Shown here piece after piece: positions 45,471-55,240 of a DNA stretch of 64,000 bases. The stretch spans positions 393 to 64,392 of the forward strand of contig CAYZEI010000001.1 of the NCBI GenBank assembly GCA_964477745.1. The letters run 5' to 3'. The notes beneath the pieces are model-generated. The model had not been told where the DNA came from. It did no database searches and was given only the letters and a program-made list of their open reading frames with translations. A program made the position numbers and the translations under genes. The stretch's first letter is position 1, and each line of letters starts with the position of its first letter. This stretch comes from an uncultured Candidatus Saccharibacteria bacterium (GTDB taxonomy: Bacteria; Patescibacteriota; Doudnabacteria; UBA920).

Positions 45471-47829
45471 GAGCCCCACAAAATCTAAAACCATCCAAAG
45501 ATTTTTAGGTTCCGAATATCAAGTCGAGGCCAGTATTGGTCATGTGCGAGATTTACCGAAAAGCAAAATTTCCATTGACGTAGAACATGACTTTGAACCA
45601 ACCTATATTATTCCGCTAAAAGCCAAGGAAACCGTAGCCAAACTGAAAAAACTGGCCAAGGACGCCTCCTCTATTATATTAGCGACTGATGAAGACCGCG
45701 AAGGAGAGGCTATTTCCTGGCATTTAGTGCAAGCTTTGGGTCTGGGAGACGAAGCGGAGATTGCCAAAGGCAAGGAAGACAAGCGCATAAAACGCATTGT
45801 TTTTCACGAAATTACCAAAACTGCCATTGAACAGGCGTTAAAGAACCCGCGCGATATAGACTTAAATTTAGTGGATGCCCAACAAGCCAGGCGCGTGTTG
45901 GACAGGTTGGTGGGTTATGAACTCTCGCCGTTTTTGTGGCGCAAAATCCGTTATGGTCTTTCCGCCGGTCGAGTACAATCGGTCGCGGTCCGTTTAGTAG
46001 TGGAACGGGAACGAGAAATTAAAAATTTCCAACAAGAAGAATATTGGAGTATAGAAGCTCAGCTTTCTAAACAGACCTCCGACAAAACTTTTACGGCTCG
46101 GTTGCAAAAAATCGGCGACAAGGTTGTAGGCAAAATGGACATTAATAAAGAAGTTGAGGCCAAAAAAATTGTTACAGATTTAGCCGGTGCCCAATACCAA
46201 ATTCAAGATATTTCTACCAAAGAAGTAAAAAGAAATCCGTCGGCTCCATTTACCACTTCTACCCTGCAACAAGAAGCGGCGCGCAAATTCGGTATGTCCG
46301 CCAAGCAAACCATGGTCATTGCTCAACAGCTGTATGAAGGCGTAAAATTGGGCGAAGAGGGTCATCAAGGTTTGATTACTTACATGAGAACCGACAGTTT
46401 AAATTTAGCGCAGTCAGCCTTACAGGCTATTAAGCAAGTAGTGAGCGCAGAATTTGGCAAAGAGTATTCACTTTCTGAACCGCGACATTTTACCAACAAA
46501 TCCAAAGGCGCGCAGGAAGCACACGAAGCTATTCGTCCAACCGATGTGTTAAGAAAACCTAGTGACATTAAAGAGCACCTAGACAAAGGTCAATACAAAG
46601 TTTACGACCTAATTTGGAAACGCACTATCGCCTGCCAAATGGCGCCGGCCGTGCTGGAACAAACTGCAGTAGACATTGTAGCAAGTAGCAAGAATCAAAT
46701 ATCAAGCGAATACATTTTCCGCGCCAACGGACAAACTATAAAATTTGACGGTTTTATTCGTGCTTACACCGAAGGACAAGACGAAAAAGCCGAAGACGAA
46801 ATCGAAGGCGTTTTGCCGGAACTGACTTTGGAAGAAATATTAAAATTACACGAACTCTTGCCGTTGCAACACTTTACCGAACCGCCGGCCAGATACTCTG
46901 ACGCCACTTTAATTAAAGCCTTAGAAGCCCATGGCGTCGGCCGTCCTTCCACTTATGCTCCAACTCTCTCCACTATTCAAGACCGAGGCTATGTAGACAA
47001 AGTAGATAAAAAATATAGCCCGACCGAAGAAGGTTTTTTGGTTAATGATATGCTGGTAGAAAATTTTCCGGAAATTGTAGATATTAATTTTACTTCCCAT
47101 ATTGAAGAAGGTTTTGACAATATTGCGGAAGGTAAAATCAAATGGGTAGAGGTCATGAAAGAATTTTACGGCCCGTTTAAAAAACATTTAATCGAAAAAG
47201 AAGCCAGTGTTCAAAAAGAAATAGAAGTTTCCACTACCCCCTGCCAGCACTGCGGTAAAATGATGTTGATAAAATACGGGCGTATGGGAAAATTCTTAGC
47301 CTGCCCGGATCCGGAAAGTAAAATTACTCAGCCAATGCCGGAGGAAGCGGCTAAAATAAAAGCCCTGGAAGAAAAAACCAAAGGGGAAATCTGCCCGATA
47401 TGCGGAAAGTTAATGCAAGTAAAACGCGGACGGTTTGGATTTTTCCTGGGTTGCCAAGACTACCCAAAATGCAAAGGAATCAGTAAAATTTGGAACAAAA
47501 CCGGCTATAAATGCCCTGCCTGTCTTGCGAAGCAAGAGGGTGAGCGAAGTCGAATCCCTAATGACCCCGCCCATTCGGCAAGCTCAGGACAATCAGATAA
47601 ACTGATTGGCGATGTAGTAGAGCGAAAATCTCGCGGTCGCGGTAAGGCCTTCTTTGGCTGTACCCGGTTCCCGGACTGTACCTTTGTAATGAACGTGAAA
47701 CCGGAAAACCAAACTGAGCTGGACGAAGCCTACAAAAATTGGAAAGCCAATCCTCCAAAGCCAAAAAAAGTTTGGAAAAAGTCCGCCAAAGGCGGATCCG
47801 CCTCAGGCGGGAAAAAAACCTCGGAATAG
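45445..47829 (+). CDS. topA: DNA topoisomerase I with C-terminal Cys4 zinc ribbons (start taken at MKKQLIIVESPTKSKTIQRFLG; the track ORF begins 57 nt upstream)
   Basis: TOPRIM N-terminus IIVESPTKSKTI, active-site region, three C-terminal CxxC...CxxC zinc ribbons. Confidence 0.9.
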   Translation: MKKQLIIVESPTKSKTIQRFLGSEYQVEASIGHVRDLPKSKISIDVEHDFEPTYIIPLKAKETVAKLKKLAKDASSIILATDEDREGEAISWHLVQALGLGDEAEIAKGKEDKRIKRIVFHEITKTAIEQALKNPRDIDLNLVDAQQARRVLDRLVGYELSPFLWRKIRYGLSAGRVQSVAVRLVVEREREIKNFQQEEYWSIEAQLSKQTSDKTFTARLQKIGDKVVGKMDINKEVEAKKIVTDLAGAQYQIQDISTKEVKRNPSAPFTTSTLQQEAARKFGMSAKQTMVIAQQLYEGVKLGEEGHQGLITYMRTDSLNLAQSALQAIKQVVSAEFGKEYSLSEPRHFTNKSKGAQEAHEAIRPTDVLRKPSDIKEHLDKGQYKVYDLIWKRTIACQMAPAVLEQTAVDIVASSKNQISSEYIFRANGQTIKFDGFIRAYTEGQDEKAEDEIEGVLPELTLEEILKLHELLPLQHFTEPPARYSDATLIKALEAHGVGRPSTYAPTLSTIQDRGYVDKVDKKYSPTEEGFLVNDMLVENFPEIVDINFTSHIEEGFDNIAEGKIKWVEVMKEFYGPFKKHLIEKEASVQKEIEVSTTPCQHCGKMMLIKYGRMGKFLACPDPESKITQPMPEEAAKIKALEEKTKGEICPICGKLMQVKRGRFGFFLGCQDYPKCKGISKIWNKTGYKCPACLAKQEGERSRIPNDPAHSASSGQSDKLIGDVVERKSRGRGKAFFGCTRFPDCTFVMNVKPENQTELDEAYKNWKANPPKPKKVWKKSAKGGSASGGKKTSE

Positions 47830-47863
47830 TCCGAGGTTTTTTAAATCTTAAATCTTATTTATT

Positions 47864-49099
47864 CTAGTCGTTCCGAGAATAAAGTTCGGCATCAAACCAG
47901 GTTAGCTTTATAGCTTTGATTATGCCGATTAACGAGGCAAAATATCGAAGGTGGGCTAAAACGCCAGCCACATAGGCAAAGTAGCCGGTAACATAAAAAT
48001 TGTTATAATCTAAAATCGCCCACTTCCCGCCCAGAGAAAGAATATATCCATGCGGTTTATTTTTATAAGGCAAGGGCGGTTTTTTATTTTTCATTAAGTA
48101 CGGTAAGGCCTGGGCCACATACTTACCTTGATCTACGGCATCTTGCGCAGTTCCGGGAACAAGTTTACCGTTTTTGGCAAATACACAAGCCGCGTCACCA
48201 ATAACCATAATATTTTCCATTGCCCCGACCTGTAAAAATTCATTTACACTAATGCGATCTTTACGGTCTTGAGCAAAAATGCCGTCATTGTTTAAAACTG
48301 AGGCCTTAACTCCGGTGGTCCAAATTAACGCATCGTAAGCTAATTTTTCTCCGGACATTAGTTCAATAAAATTTTGGTCCACTTTAGAAATTCGACTGGA
48401 GATGCGTACATGCACACCTAGCTCTTGCAGACGATTATAAGTATCATGACTTAACCGATCATCAAAACCTTCCACTAATTTACTTGATGCCTCCACCACT
48501 AAAATTTCAATCTTTTCGCGCGGGTATTGATATTTCCAGGCAAGAAAATCCAAAAACCCTTTAAGCTCCCCTGCCACTTCCGTACCCGTATAACCACCGC
48601 CGGCAATAATAAAACTTAAATTCTTTTTGTTAAAATCCATGGCCTTAGCTTGAAATGCAAACTCAATCTTATTACGAATCCGCAAAGCATCTGGCAATGT
48701 TTTTAACGGTAGCCCAAATTCCTTTGCGCCTAAAATACCATAATAGTCACTTTCGCTTCCGGAGGATAAAATTAAAAAATCATAAGGCAAAGTTCTACCT
48801 TGTAATAAAACTTTTTTTTGAGCGCTATCAATACTTAGGCACTCTCCCTGCACAAATTGAATTTTTTTACCGGCTAAAATTTCCGCAAACGGCAAAGTAA
48901 TACTTTTTTTAATTTGTTTTATGGTGGTGAGTTCTTCATCTGCCGTGGCCACTTCAAAAAGATTCGGGGTAAATAAATGGTAATCCCGTTTATCAACTAA
49001 AACAATTTGGATGCTCGGATCTTTTTGAAACTGTTTTTCCAAATCCAGAGCCGTGCGTAGCCCCCCAAAACCTCCACCAATAATTACAATTTTTGTCAT
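47864..49099 (-). CDS. ndh: Type II NADH dehydrogenase / FAD-dependent pyridine nucleotide-disulfide oxidoreductase
   Basis: Two GxGxxG dinucleotide-binding motifs (IVIIGGGFGG..., IIAGGGYTG...). Confidence 0.8.
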   Translation of the reverse strand: MTKIVIIGGGFGGLRTALDLEKQFQKDPSIQIVLVDKRDYHLFTPNLFEVATADEELTTIKQIKKSITLPFAEILAGKKIQFVQGECLSIDSAQKKVLLQGRTLPYDFLILSSGSESDYYGILGAKEFGLPLKTLPDALRIRNKIEFAFQAKAMDFNKKNLSFIIAGGGYTGTEVAGELKGFLDFLAWKYQYPREKIEILVVEASSKLVEGFDDRLSHDTYNRLQELGVHVRISSRISKVDQNFIELMSGEKLAYDALIWTTGVKASVLNNDGIFAQDRKDRISVNEFLQVGAMENIMVIGDAACVFAKNGKLVPGTAQDAVDQGKYVAQALPYLMKNKKPPLPYKNKPHGYILSLGGKWAILDYNNFYVTGYFAYVAGVLAHLRYFASLIGIIKAIKLTWFDAELYSRND

Positions 49100-49228
49100 T
49101 TTTGTTTCAAGCCAATTACTATCTAACCTAATTATATCATAAAAGAAGGCCTCCCATTTGGGAAGCCTTCTTTTATGTTTGCATACTTACAGACTTATGT
49201 ACTTACTAGCTTATGAGCTTACTTTTGC

Positions 49229-50485
49229 TTACTCGTATTGAAGGGCTTGGATCGGATCGAGTTTGGAGGCCTGGCGGGCAGGCAAAACCCCAAAAAGGAT
49301 GCCAATGGTCGCCGAGACACCAAAAGCAATCACTATGGCGTAAATTGGCACACTAAAGGCCCACTCCAGACCGCTGGCCTTGGCAATAAGTGACACTACC
49401 CAGCCTAAGCCCGCACCAAAAATAATACCGAAAACTCCGCCAATGACGGTAACTAATATTGATTCAATTAAAAATTCTGCTAATATATCCGCCGGCTTGG
49501 CGCCTAAGGCTTTTTTAAGTCCAATCTCTGAAGTCCGCTCGGTAACCACCACGTACATAATATTCATAATTCCCACACCACCGACAATTAAAGAAATAGC
49601 GGCTATGGCAATAAGTAAAATCGTAATCCCATTAAAAATGGTATTAAATGTTTCCAAAGTCTGCGCTTGAGTTTGAACCATAAAATCATCCTTAAACGGA
49701 TCGGAAATATTATGGTTCCGACGCAAAACCGCGCGTATATCTTCGGCCGTGGCATCGCCTAAATTAGTGTCGTTAATTTGTACCACGGAAAACAGTAAAT
49801 AATCTATCCCAAGAATTTTTTTCTGGGCAGTATTCAGGGGCATATATAATGTGCCGTCTTCGTCACCGCCAAGTCCCCCGCGGGAATTATAGACTCCAAT
49901 GACTTCAAAATTAATATCACCCACTCGAACAAACTTGCCTATGGGATCATTCTGTAAAAATAAATCTTCCGCTAGCTTGCTCCCCAAAATTACCACCTGG
50001 GCAGCACCCAAATTTTCTCCGGAAGTATAAAACCTACCTGCTTTGAGCGTTCCTTTATCTATATCAAACCGCTCCGGCGAAGCGCCATAGAACATAACGC
50101 TTTTGGCCACGTCCTGAAAACTAACGACTTTTAAACCAACCACCACGCCATAATCATTCCCTACGTTTGGCAAACGTTTAATATCTTCTAAATCACGATT
50201 TTTTAAAGTTGTCACAGCGACCGCACTTCCGGCTCTTCCGGTATCTGCCGAAGCCGCACCAGAGTTGGCACGGTTTTTTGTGGTTGGTGGAACTCGAGTT
50301 TCCACAAATAAAGTATTGGTCCCAAAGGCCTGAACTTGAGCATTTATTAAACTTCGAAAACCCTCTCCGGCGGAAAGCACTAAAATTACCGTGGCAATAC
50401 CGATAATAATGCCTAAAGTCGTCAGTCCGGTTCTGGCCGGATTGGCAAATAAAGCTTTGGTAGATTGTTTGAAAGCGTTTAACAT
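49229..50485 (-). CDS. ABC transporter permease, FtsX/MacB-like (4 TM + large periplasmic domain)
   Basis: N-terminal TM, large extracytoplasmic domain, C-terminal three-TM FtsX-like bundle ending ...PIQALQYE. Confidence 0.75.
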   Translation of the reverse strand: MLNAFKQSTKALFANPARTGLTTLGIIIGIATVILVLSAGEGFRSLINAQVQAFGTNTLFVETRVPPTTKNRANSGAASADTGRAGSAVAVTTLKNRDLEDIKRLPNVGNDYGVVVGLKVVSFQDVAKSVMFYGASPERFDIDKGTLKAGRFYTSGENLGAAQVVILGSKLAEDLFLQNDPIGKFVRVGDINFEVIGVYNSRGGLGGDEDGTLYMPLNTAQKKILGIDYLLFSVVQINDTNLGDATAEDIRAVLRRNHNISDPFKDDFMVQTQAQTLETFNTIFNGITILLIAIAAISLIVGGVGIMNIMYVVVTERTSEIGLKKALGAKPADILAEFLIESILVTVIGGVFGIIFGAGLGWVVSLIAKASGLEWAFSVPIYAIVIAFGVSATIGILFGVLPARQASKLDPIQALQYE

Positions 50486-50574
50486 AGATAACTATTTAGG
50501 ATTTAAGATATAAGATGTAAGATATTCAATTCAGTCTAAAATCATTAATCTTATATCTGACATCTTACTTTACA

Positions 50575-51846
50575 TTATTCGTATCTAAGGGCGTCAATCG
50601 GATTTAATTTAGAAGCTTTATATGCCGGATACGAACCAAAAATTACACCGGTTAAAATAGAAACGCCAACAGCCAGCACAACAGAGGTTATGGAAATAAC
50701 AAAAGCCCAATCATAACCCAATTTTTTCATTAGCAAGGAAACCAAATAAGCTACAACAATACCAACTACAATTCCTATTAACCCGCCTAAAGTAGTCAGA
50801 GCTCCGGCCTCCAGTAAAAATTGATTCCGCACCGCGGCATTTTTTGCACCGACCGCTTTTCGCAAACCAATTTCTCTGGTTCGTTCGGCCACGGTAACCA
50901 TCATAATATTTAAAATCCCAATCCCTCCGACCACTAAAGCAATCGCTGCCATAGCGGTTAAAAAGAGTGTTAAGGCATCGGTAATAGTACTAAGAATTTT
51001 TACCGCATCCGCAATATTTCGTACCGTAAAATCCGCATCCACATCTTTTTTTATTCGATGACGTTGCATCAATACCGACTTCACGTCTGCAAGGGTTTGG
51101 TCTACATTATCAGCGGAGTCCACTTTAACATTTATGGACTGGACATAATGAATGCCCAATAATTGTTTTTGCCCGATAGTTAAAGGTAAAAATATTTGGT
51201 CGTCCTGGTTTTGAAAAAATGCACTTCCACGAGGAGAGATGACCCCAATAACCCGCAAAGGAATTCCACCGGCTTCGGTTTGAGAAGCACTTTTTACTTT
51301 AATAACTTGACCCAACGGGTCAACACCGCTCTCGGTAAATAACTCATCGGCCACGGCCGAGCCTAAAACAACCACATTGGCATTTCCCTGTTCTTCCTGC
51401 TGGCTCATAAACCTGCCCTCTTTCATTGTAATTGAAACTACCTGCGGATAAGTATAATCCGTGCCGACAAAATTTGTGTCTATTTCTTTATTCTGCCAAA
51501 TTACTGTAGCACCGCTACGAACAGCGGAAGCTACTGCCGTAGCATGCGGAACCTGAGCGGTATCACGCAAGGCAGCTGCATCTTCTTGCACAAGTGAAGT
51601 AATGACAATACCAAATATTTGAGCGGGTGGGCCTTTTTCATTACTCTTACCCGGCTGAACCGAAAGTAAATTGGTTCCTAATTTTGTGACTTGTCCCAAA
51701 ACCAAACTTTGAGCACCGGCTCCAAGAGCAATAATAATTATTACTCCGGCAACACCAATAACAATTCCCAGAATCGTTAAAAACGATCGGCCTTTCCTGG
51801 CCAACAGGGTTCTAAATACTAATTTGATGGTACCTATAAAGTTCAT
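50575..51846 (-). CDS. ABC transporter permease, FtsX/MacB-like (second paralogue)
   Basis: Same architecture as the neighbouring permease. Ends ...PIDALRYE. Confidence 0.75.
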   Translation of the reverse strand: MNFIGTIKLVFRTLLARKGRSFLTILGIVIGVAGVIIIIALGAGAQSLVLGQVTKLGTNLLSVQPGKSNEKGPPAQIFGIVITSLVQEDAAALRDTAQVPHATAVASAVRSGATVIWQNKEIDTNFVGTDYTYPQVVSITMKEGRFMSQQEEQGNANVVVLGSAVADELFTESGVDPLGQVIKVKSASQTEAGGIPLRVIGVISPRGSAFFQNQDDQIFLPLTIGQKQLLGIHYVQSINVKVDSADNVDQTLADVKSVLMQRHRIKKDVDADFTVRNIADAVKILSTITDALTLFLTAMAAIALVVGGIGILNIMMVTVAERTREIGLRKAVGAKNAAVRNQFLLEAGALTTLGGLIGIVVGIVVAYLVSLLMKKLGYDWAFVISITSVVLAVGVSILTGVIFGSYPAYKASKLNPIDALRYE

Positions 51847-51911
51847 ATTTAGCTTATAGCTGTTAGCTTATAGCTGTTAGGCCTAAAACCTAGAAGCTAG
51901 TAGCTAAAAGC

Positions 51912-52628
51912 TTATTTAACCAATTCTTTTCCGACCGAGGCAATTGTTCTGGTAACTACTTTTTCATCGCCGACAATGTTCCCGTCTTTCACCCGGATAA
52001 TTCTTTTGGCATGATTGGCCGTATCCATTTCGTGGGTAACCAAAATAATTGTCCTGCCTTCATTGTTTAATCTTTGCAAAATTTCCATTACCGTATTTCC
52101 GCTCTTGCTGTCTAGGTTTCCGGTCGGTTCATCGGCAAAAATTACCGCCGGATTATTTACCAAAGCGCGGGCAATGGCCACACGTTGCTTCTCACCACCG
52201 GAAATTTGATTGGTATAATACTCTAACCGATGTGACAAACCGACACTGTCTAAAGCTTTCTTTGCCAACTCGTCGTGATTCTTTTTGGTGCTGTAAATTA
52301 ACGGTAACTTAACGTTATCCAACACTGAGGTACGAGCCAATAAGTTAAATGATTGAAAAACAAAACCAATTTCCTCATTGCGCAAGGTGGCCAAATAATC
52401 GTCGTCAAAATTTTTAATATCTTGACCTTTAAACTCGTATAAACCTCCGGTGGAACGATCCAGAAAACTTAAAATGTGCATCAGTGTGGACTTTCCACTC
52501 CCAGACGGACCCATAATTGCCACAAACTCCCCCGGCTCAATGCTAAAAGATAAGCCGTGCAGTACCGAAGTGACTACGTCTTCATTAATATAATCTTTAC
52601 TTAAATTTTGAACTTTGATTAAAGACAT
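51912..52628 (-). CDS. ABC transporter ATP-binding protein (MacB/LolD-type)
   Basis: Walker [10 protein letters not shown], signature [15 protein letters not shown], Walker [13 protein letters not shown]. Confidence 0.85.
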   Translation of the reverse strand: MSLIKVQNLSKDYINEDVVTSVLHGLSFSIEPGEFVAIMGPSGSGKSTLMHILSFLDRSTGGLYEFKGQDIKNFDDDYLATLRNEEIGFVFQSFNLLARTSVLDNVKLPLIYSTKKNHDELAKKALDSVGLSHRLEYYTNQISGGEKQRVAIARALVNNPAVIFADEPTGNLDSKSGNTVMEILQRLNNEGRTIILVTHEMDTANHAKRIIRVKDGNIVGDEKVVTRTIASVGKELVK

Positions 52629-52715
52629 TTTATCATCCTAGCATGCTAACATTTTATCATTTACATATGCTAATCAGAATTATTAGCTTGTTAAAATGAT
52701 AAAATGTTTAAATGA

Positions 52716-54242
52716 TTATTGTTTTATATAAGTAACTATTTCCTGACCTAAATTCAAACCGGAAACAACTTCAACCAAACCTTCGTCTGCTTCCAGGCCG
52801 GTTTTTATTTCCACTTCAGAATATGTTTTCTTTTTGGTATCTGTAACTTTACGAGCATATTTTTTGCCGTCTTTTGAAATTACCCCACGTAACGGCATTG
52901 CCAATACGTCATCTTTTTTCTCTACTAAAATTGTCATGTTCGCGGTCATCCCAGGCTTCACCTCAGGAATATTGTCTACACTGGCTGTAACTTTATAATT
53001 TACCACACCGGATACTACGGTAGCGCCCGGGTTTACGGTTTGAACCTTACCGACAAAATGTCTGTCGGCTCCAAGAGCGTCTAATGTAATGTCTACATCT
53101 TGTCCGGTTTTTAAAGCGGCAATGTTTGCTTCACTAATATTGGCTTCCACATGAAGATTGCCGACATCTTGTAAAATCACAACCGTCTTTAAAGCCGAAG
53201 CAAGTTCTCCGACCTTAGTATCAACTGTGGTAATTGTTCCGTCTGCCGGAGCTTTAATCATTGTGTTATCGTAAGCCGATTGTGCAGCCAATACCTGACC
53301 CTGACCACTAAGAATTTGCGCCTGAGCCGCTTCTAGATCTGCCGGCCTGGCCTGAGCCTTTTTTAAATCCAAGGCTGCCTGAGCGGAAGCCACAGCATTC
53401 TGGGCTGCAGTGAGTGCGCTTCTCTGGGTCTCTAATGCGGAATTATAGGCATTAAAATAAGTTACGTAAGTTGCAGATTGAGTATTTGGGATTGTAACAG
53501 TCCACACGTTATTAGTTGGGACGCTTGTAGAAGAAAATTGAATATACAAACCCTTTACCCCGACCGGCTGTGGAGTTACATCTACAATACCATCGCCACT
53601 TTCTAATCCATTTACCTGAAATCGCAACCCATTACCGGTAGAATAAATACTAATTTTATAGACTCCAAGTTCTGTGCCGGTATAAGTTCCGGAAATGGTG
53701 GCGGTAACCGAACCGGTGTTCCCGCTGGCAGCAATTGCTGACAGGCCGGAATTCAACAAAGCTTTTCGAGCGCTTTCTACTAATACTTCCTGTTGCTTGA
53801 TTGTATTTTCCAAGGCACTTTTGGCATTATCTAAAGTTACTTGAGAAACGGTCACTTCTTCACTGCTGGCGCCGGATAAAACTTTATTATAATTTGCCTG
53901 AGCCGAAGCCAAAGCTCCACGAGCGGAGGTTAAATTAGCCAACTGATCTTTTTGATCCAAACTGGCCAGTACCTGTCCGGCTTTGACTTTATCCCCTTCT
54001 TTTACTCTGACGCTTTGAACAATACCGCTGGTTTTAAAACTTAAATTTAAATCGGTTTCGGAAACCACCTGTCCGGTGGCTAAAACGGTATATTTAATAT
54101 TCTGCTTTTTTACTGTGTCGGTTAAAATATTTGCACTGTTGTCCTTTGGCTTAAAAATTGAGTAAGCAATCGGCAAAACCACCAGTAAAATTACTACTGT
54201 CCAAATTATTTTCTTCTTTGTAAAAAATCCTTTAATATTCAT
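52716..54242 (-). CDS. Efflux periplasmic adaptor (HlyD/MacA-like membrane fusion protein)
   Basis: N-terminal TM. Coiled-coil hairpin, lipoyl-like and beta-barrel segments typical of MFPs (e.g. LASLDQKDQLANLTSARGALASAQA). Confidence 0.7.
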   Translation of the reverse strand: MNIKGFFTKKKIIWTVVILLVVLPIAYSIFKPKDNSANILTDTVKKQNIKYTVLATGQVVSETDLNLSFKTSGIVQSVRVKEGDKVKAGQVLASLDQKDQLANLTSARGALASAQANYNKVLSGASSEEVTVSQVTLDNAKSALENTIKQQEVLVESARKALLNSGLSAIAASGNTGSVTATISGTYTGTELGVYKISIYSTGNGLRFQVNGLESGDGIVDVTPQPVGVKGLYIQFSSTSVPTNNVWTVTIPNTQSATYVTYFNAYNSALETQRSALTAAQNAVASAQAALDLKKAQARPADLEAAQAQILSGQGQVLAAQSAYDNTMIKAPADGTITTVDTKVGELASALKTVVILQDVGNLHVEANISEANIAALKTGQDVDITLDALGADRHFVGKVQTVNPGATVVSGVVNYKVTASVDNIPEVKPGMTANMTILVEKKDDVLAMPLRGVISKDGKKYARKVTDTKKKTYSEVEIKTGLEADEGLVEVVSGLNLGQEIVTYIKQ

Positions 54243-54261
54243 AAATGTTATTTTAGAAAAC

Positions 54262-54561
54262 TTAATTATTTATAACTTTTGAACCAATAACTTTTTCCAT
54301 ATGTTTTTTAATTTCTTTTTTCCACTCTTTACTGTCCACACTTTCCATAATAGTATCTATAACCTCGGAAAGCTGTTCAGCCTTCATAAGTCCAAGTACT
54401 TTGCCAAACTTCCCCATAACCATTAGTTGGTCGCCGGGTTTTAGCCCCAGGTCTTTCCGGGCTTGGGCCGGAATTACCACTTGGCCACGTGCCCCCATTG
54501 TGGTGGTTCCGTACATTTTGTCATGCTTATGCATGTCTGAATTAACTAAGTATTTTACCAT
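54262..54561 (-). CDS. AbrB/MazE/SpoVT-type swapped-hairpin DNA-binding protein (putative regulator of the efflux operon)
   Basis: GTTTMGARGQVVIPAQARKDLGLKPGDQLMVMG matches the SpoVT/AbrB N-domain. It is the first gene of the adaptor-ATPase-permease string. Confidence 0.6.
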   Translation of the reverse strand: MVKYLVNSDMHKHDKMYGTTTMGARGQVVIPAQARKDLGLKPGDQLMVMGKFGKVLGLMKAEQLSEVIDTIMESVDSKEWKKEIKKHMEKVIGSKVINN

Positions 54562-54580
54562 TTGGACCTCTTTTTAAATT

Positions 54581-54609
54581 ATGTATGATAATACATACTT
54601 ATCATACAT
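54581..54609. promoter_or_regulatory. Perfect 11-bp inverted repeat ATGTATGATAA-N7-TTATCATACAT, 20-48 bp upstream of the AbrB-like gene (candidate operator)
   Basis: Read directly. It overlaps the probable promoter of the regulator/efflux operon. Confidence 0.4.
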
Positions 54610-54824
54610 GAAAATTTACAAGCTGTCAATAAAGAAAAGAGCCGGTTGCAAAAGATAGCAACCGGCTGCCGAAATAGTATTTGCCCTGTTTCGGCTCAGG
54701 GACTTAAAACCAGACTTTGTCCATTTTCGACCCCCCTTATAGAGTAACTGCATTGGCCCCCAAGAGGGCCAGGAAAATACTCCCTAGCAGGATTAAATTC
54801 CTCGCCCGCTTGGAACAGGGATGA

Positions 54825-55025
54825 CTAATAGCCAAGCTCCCGTCCTTTTGGGCTTCTGTCGATATGAACTTTTTCTGGAATTTCAGCGGGTCTTGGGTTA
54901 TCCGCATCAAATCCATAAACACTCTTCGCCACGGACTTCGAAATCGAAAATCCGCAACTGGAGCAAGTCAGCAAGTCACCCTTAACCGTGAGTCTTGTCT
55001 GGCACCCAGAATTTTTGCACTTCAT
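54825..55025 (-). CDS. Small zinc-ribbon protein (66 aa), uncertain
   Basis: C-x4-C ... C-x2-C (KNSGCQTRL...CSSCG). Flanked by terminator hairpins on both sides. Confidence 0.35.
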   Translation of the reverse strand: MKCKNSGCQTRLTVKGDLLTCSSCGFSISKSVAKSVYGFDADNPRPAEIPEKVHIDRSPKGRELGY

Positions 55026-55240
55026 GATGTCCTCCCCTGGCGTAATTAACGCTCATTTCGATTGTACACACTAGCTTGCCCGTTTTCAGGGCAAACAAAA
55101 AATCCCGAGGCTCCGTTGAGCTCGGGAATAATAAGTTGAAGTGATTTACATTTTTTTCAACTCAAAATTTCCGGTCTCAACGATCGGGGTAAAATAAAAG
55201 TACCAAAAATTTTGAGCAATTCTTTTCATATGTAAAAGTA

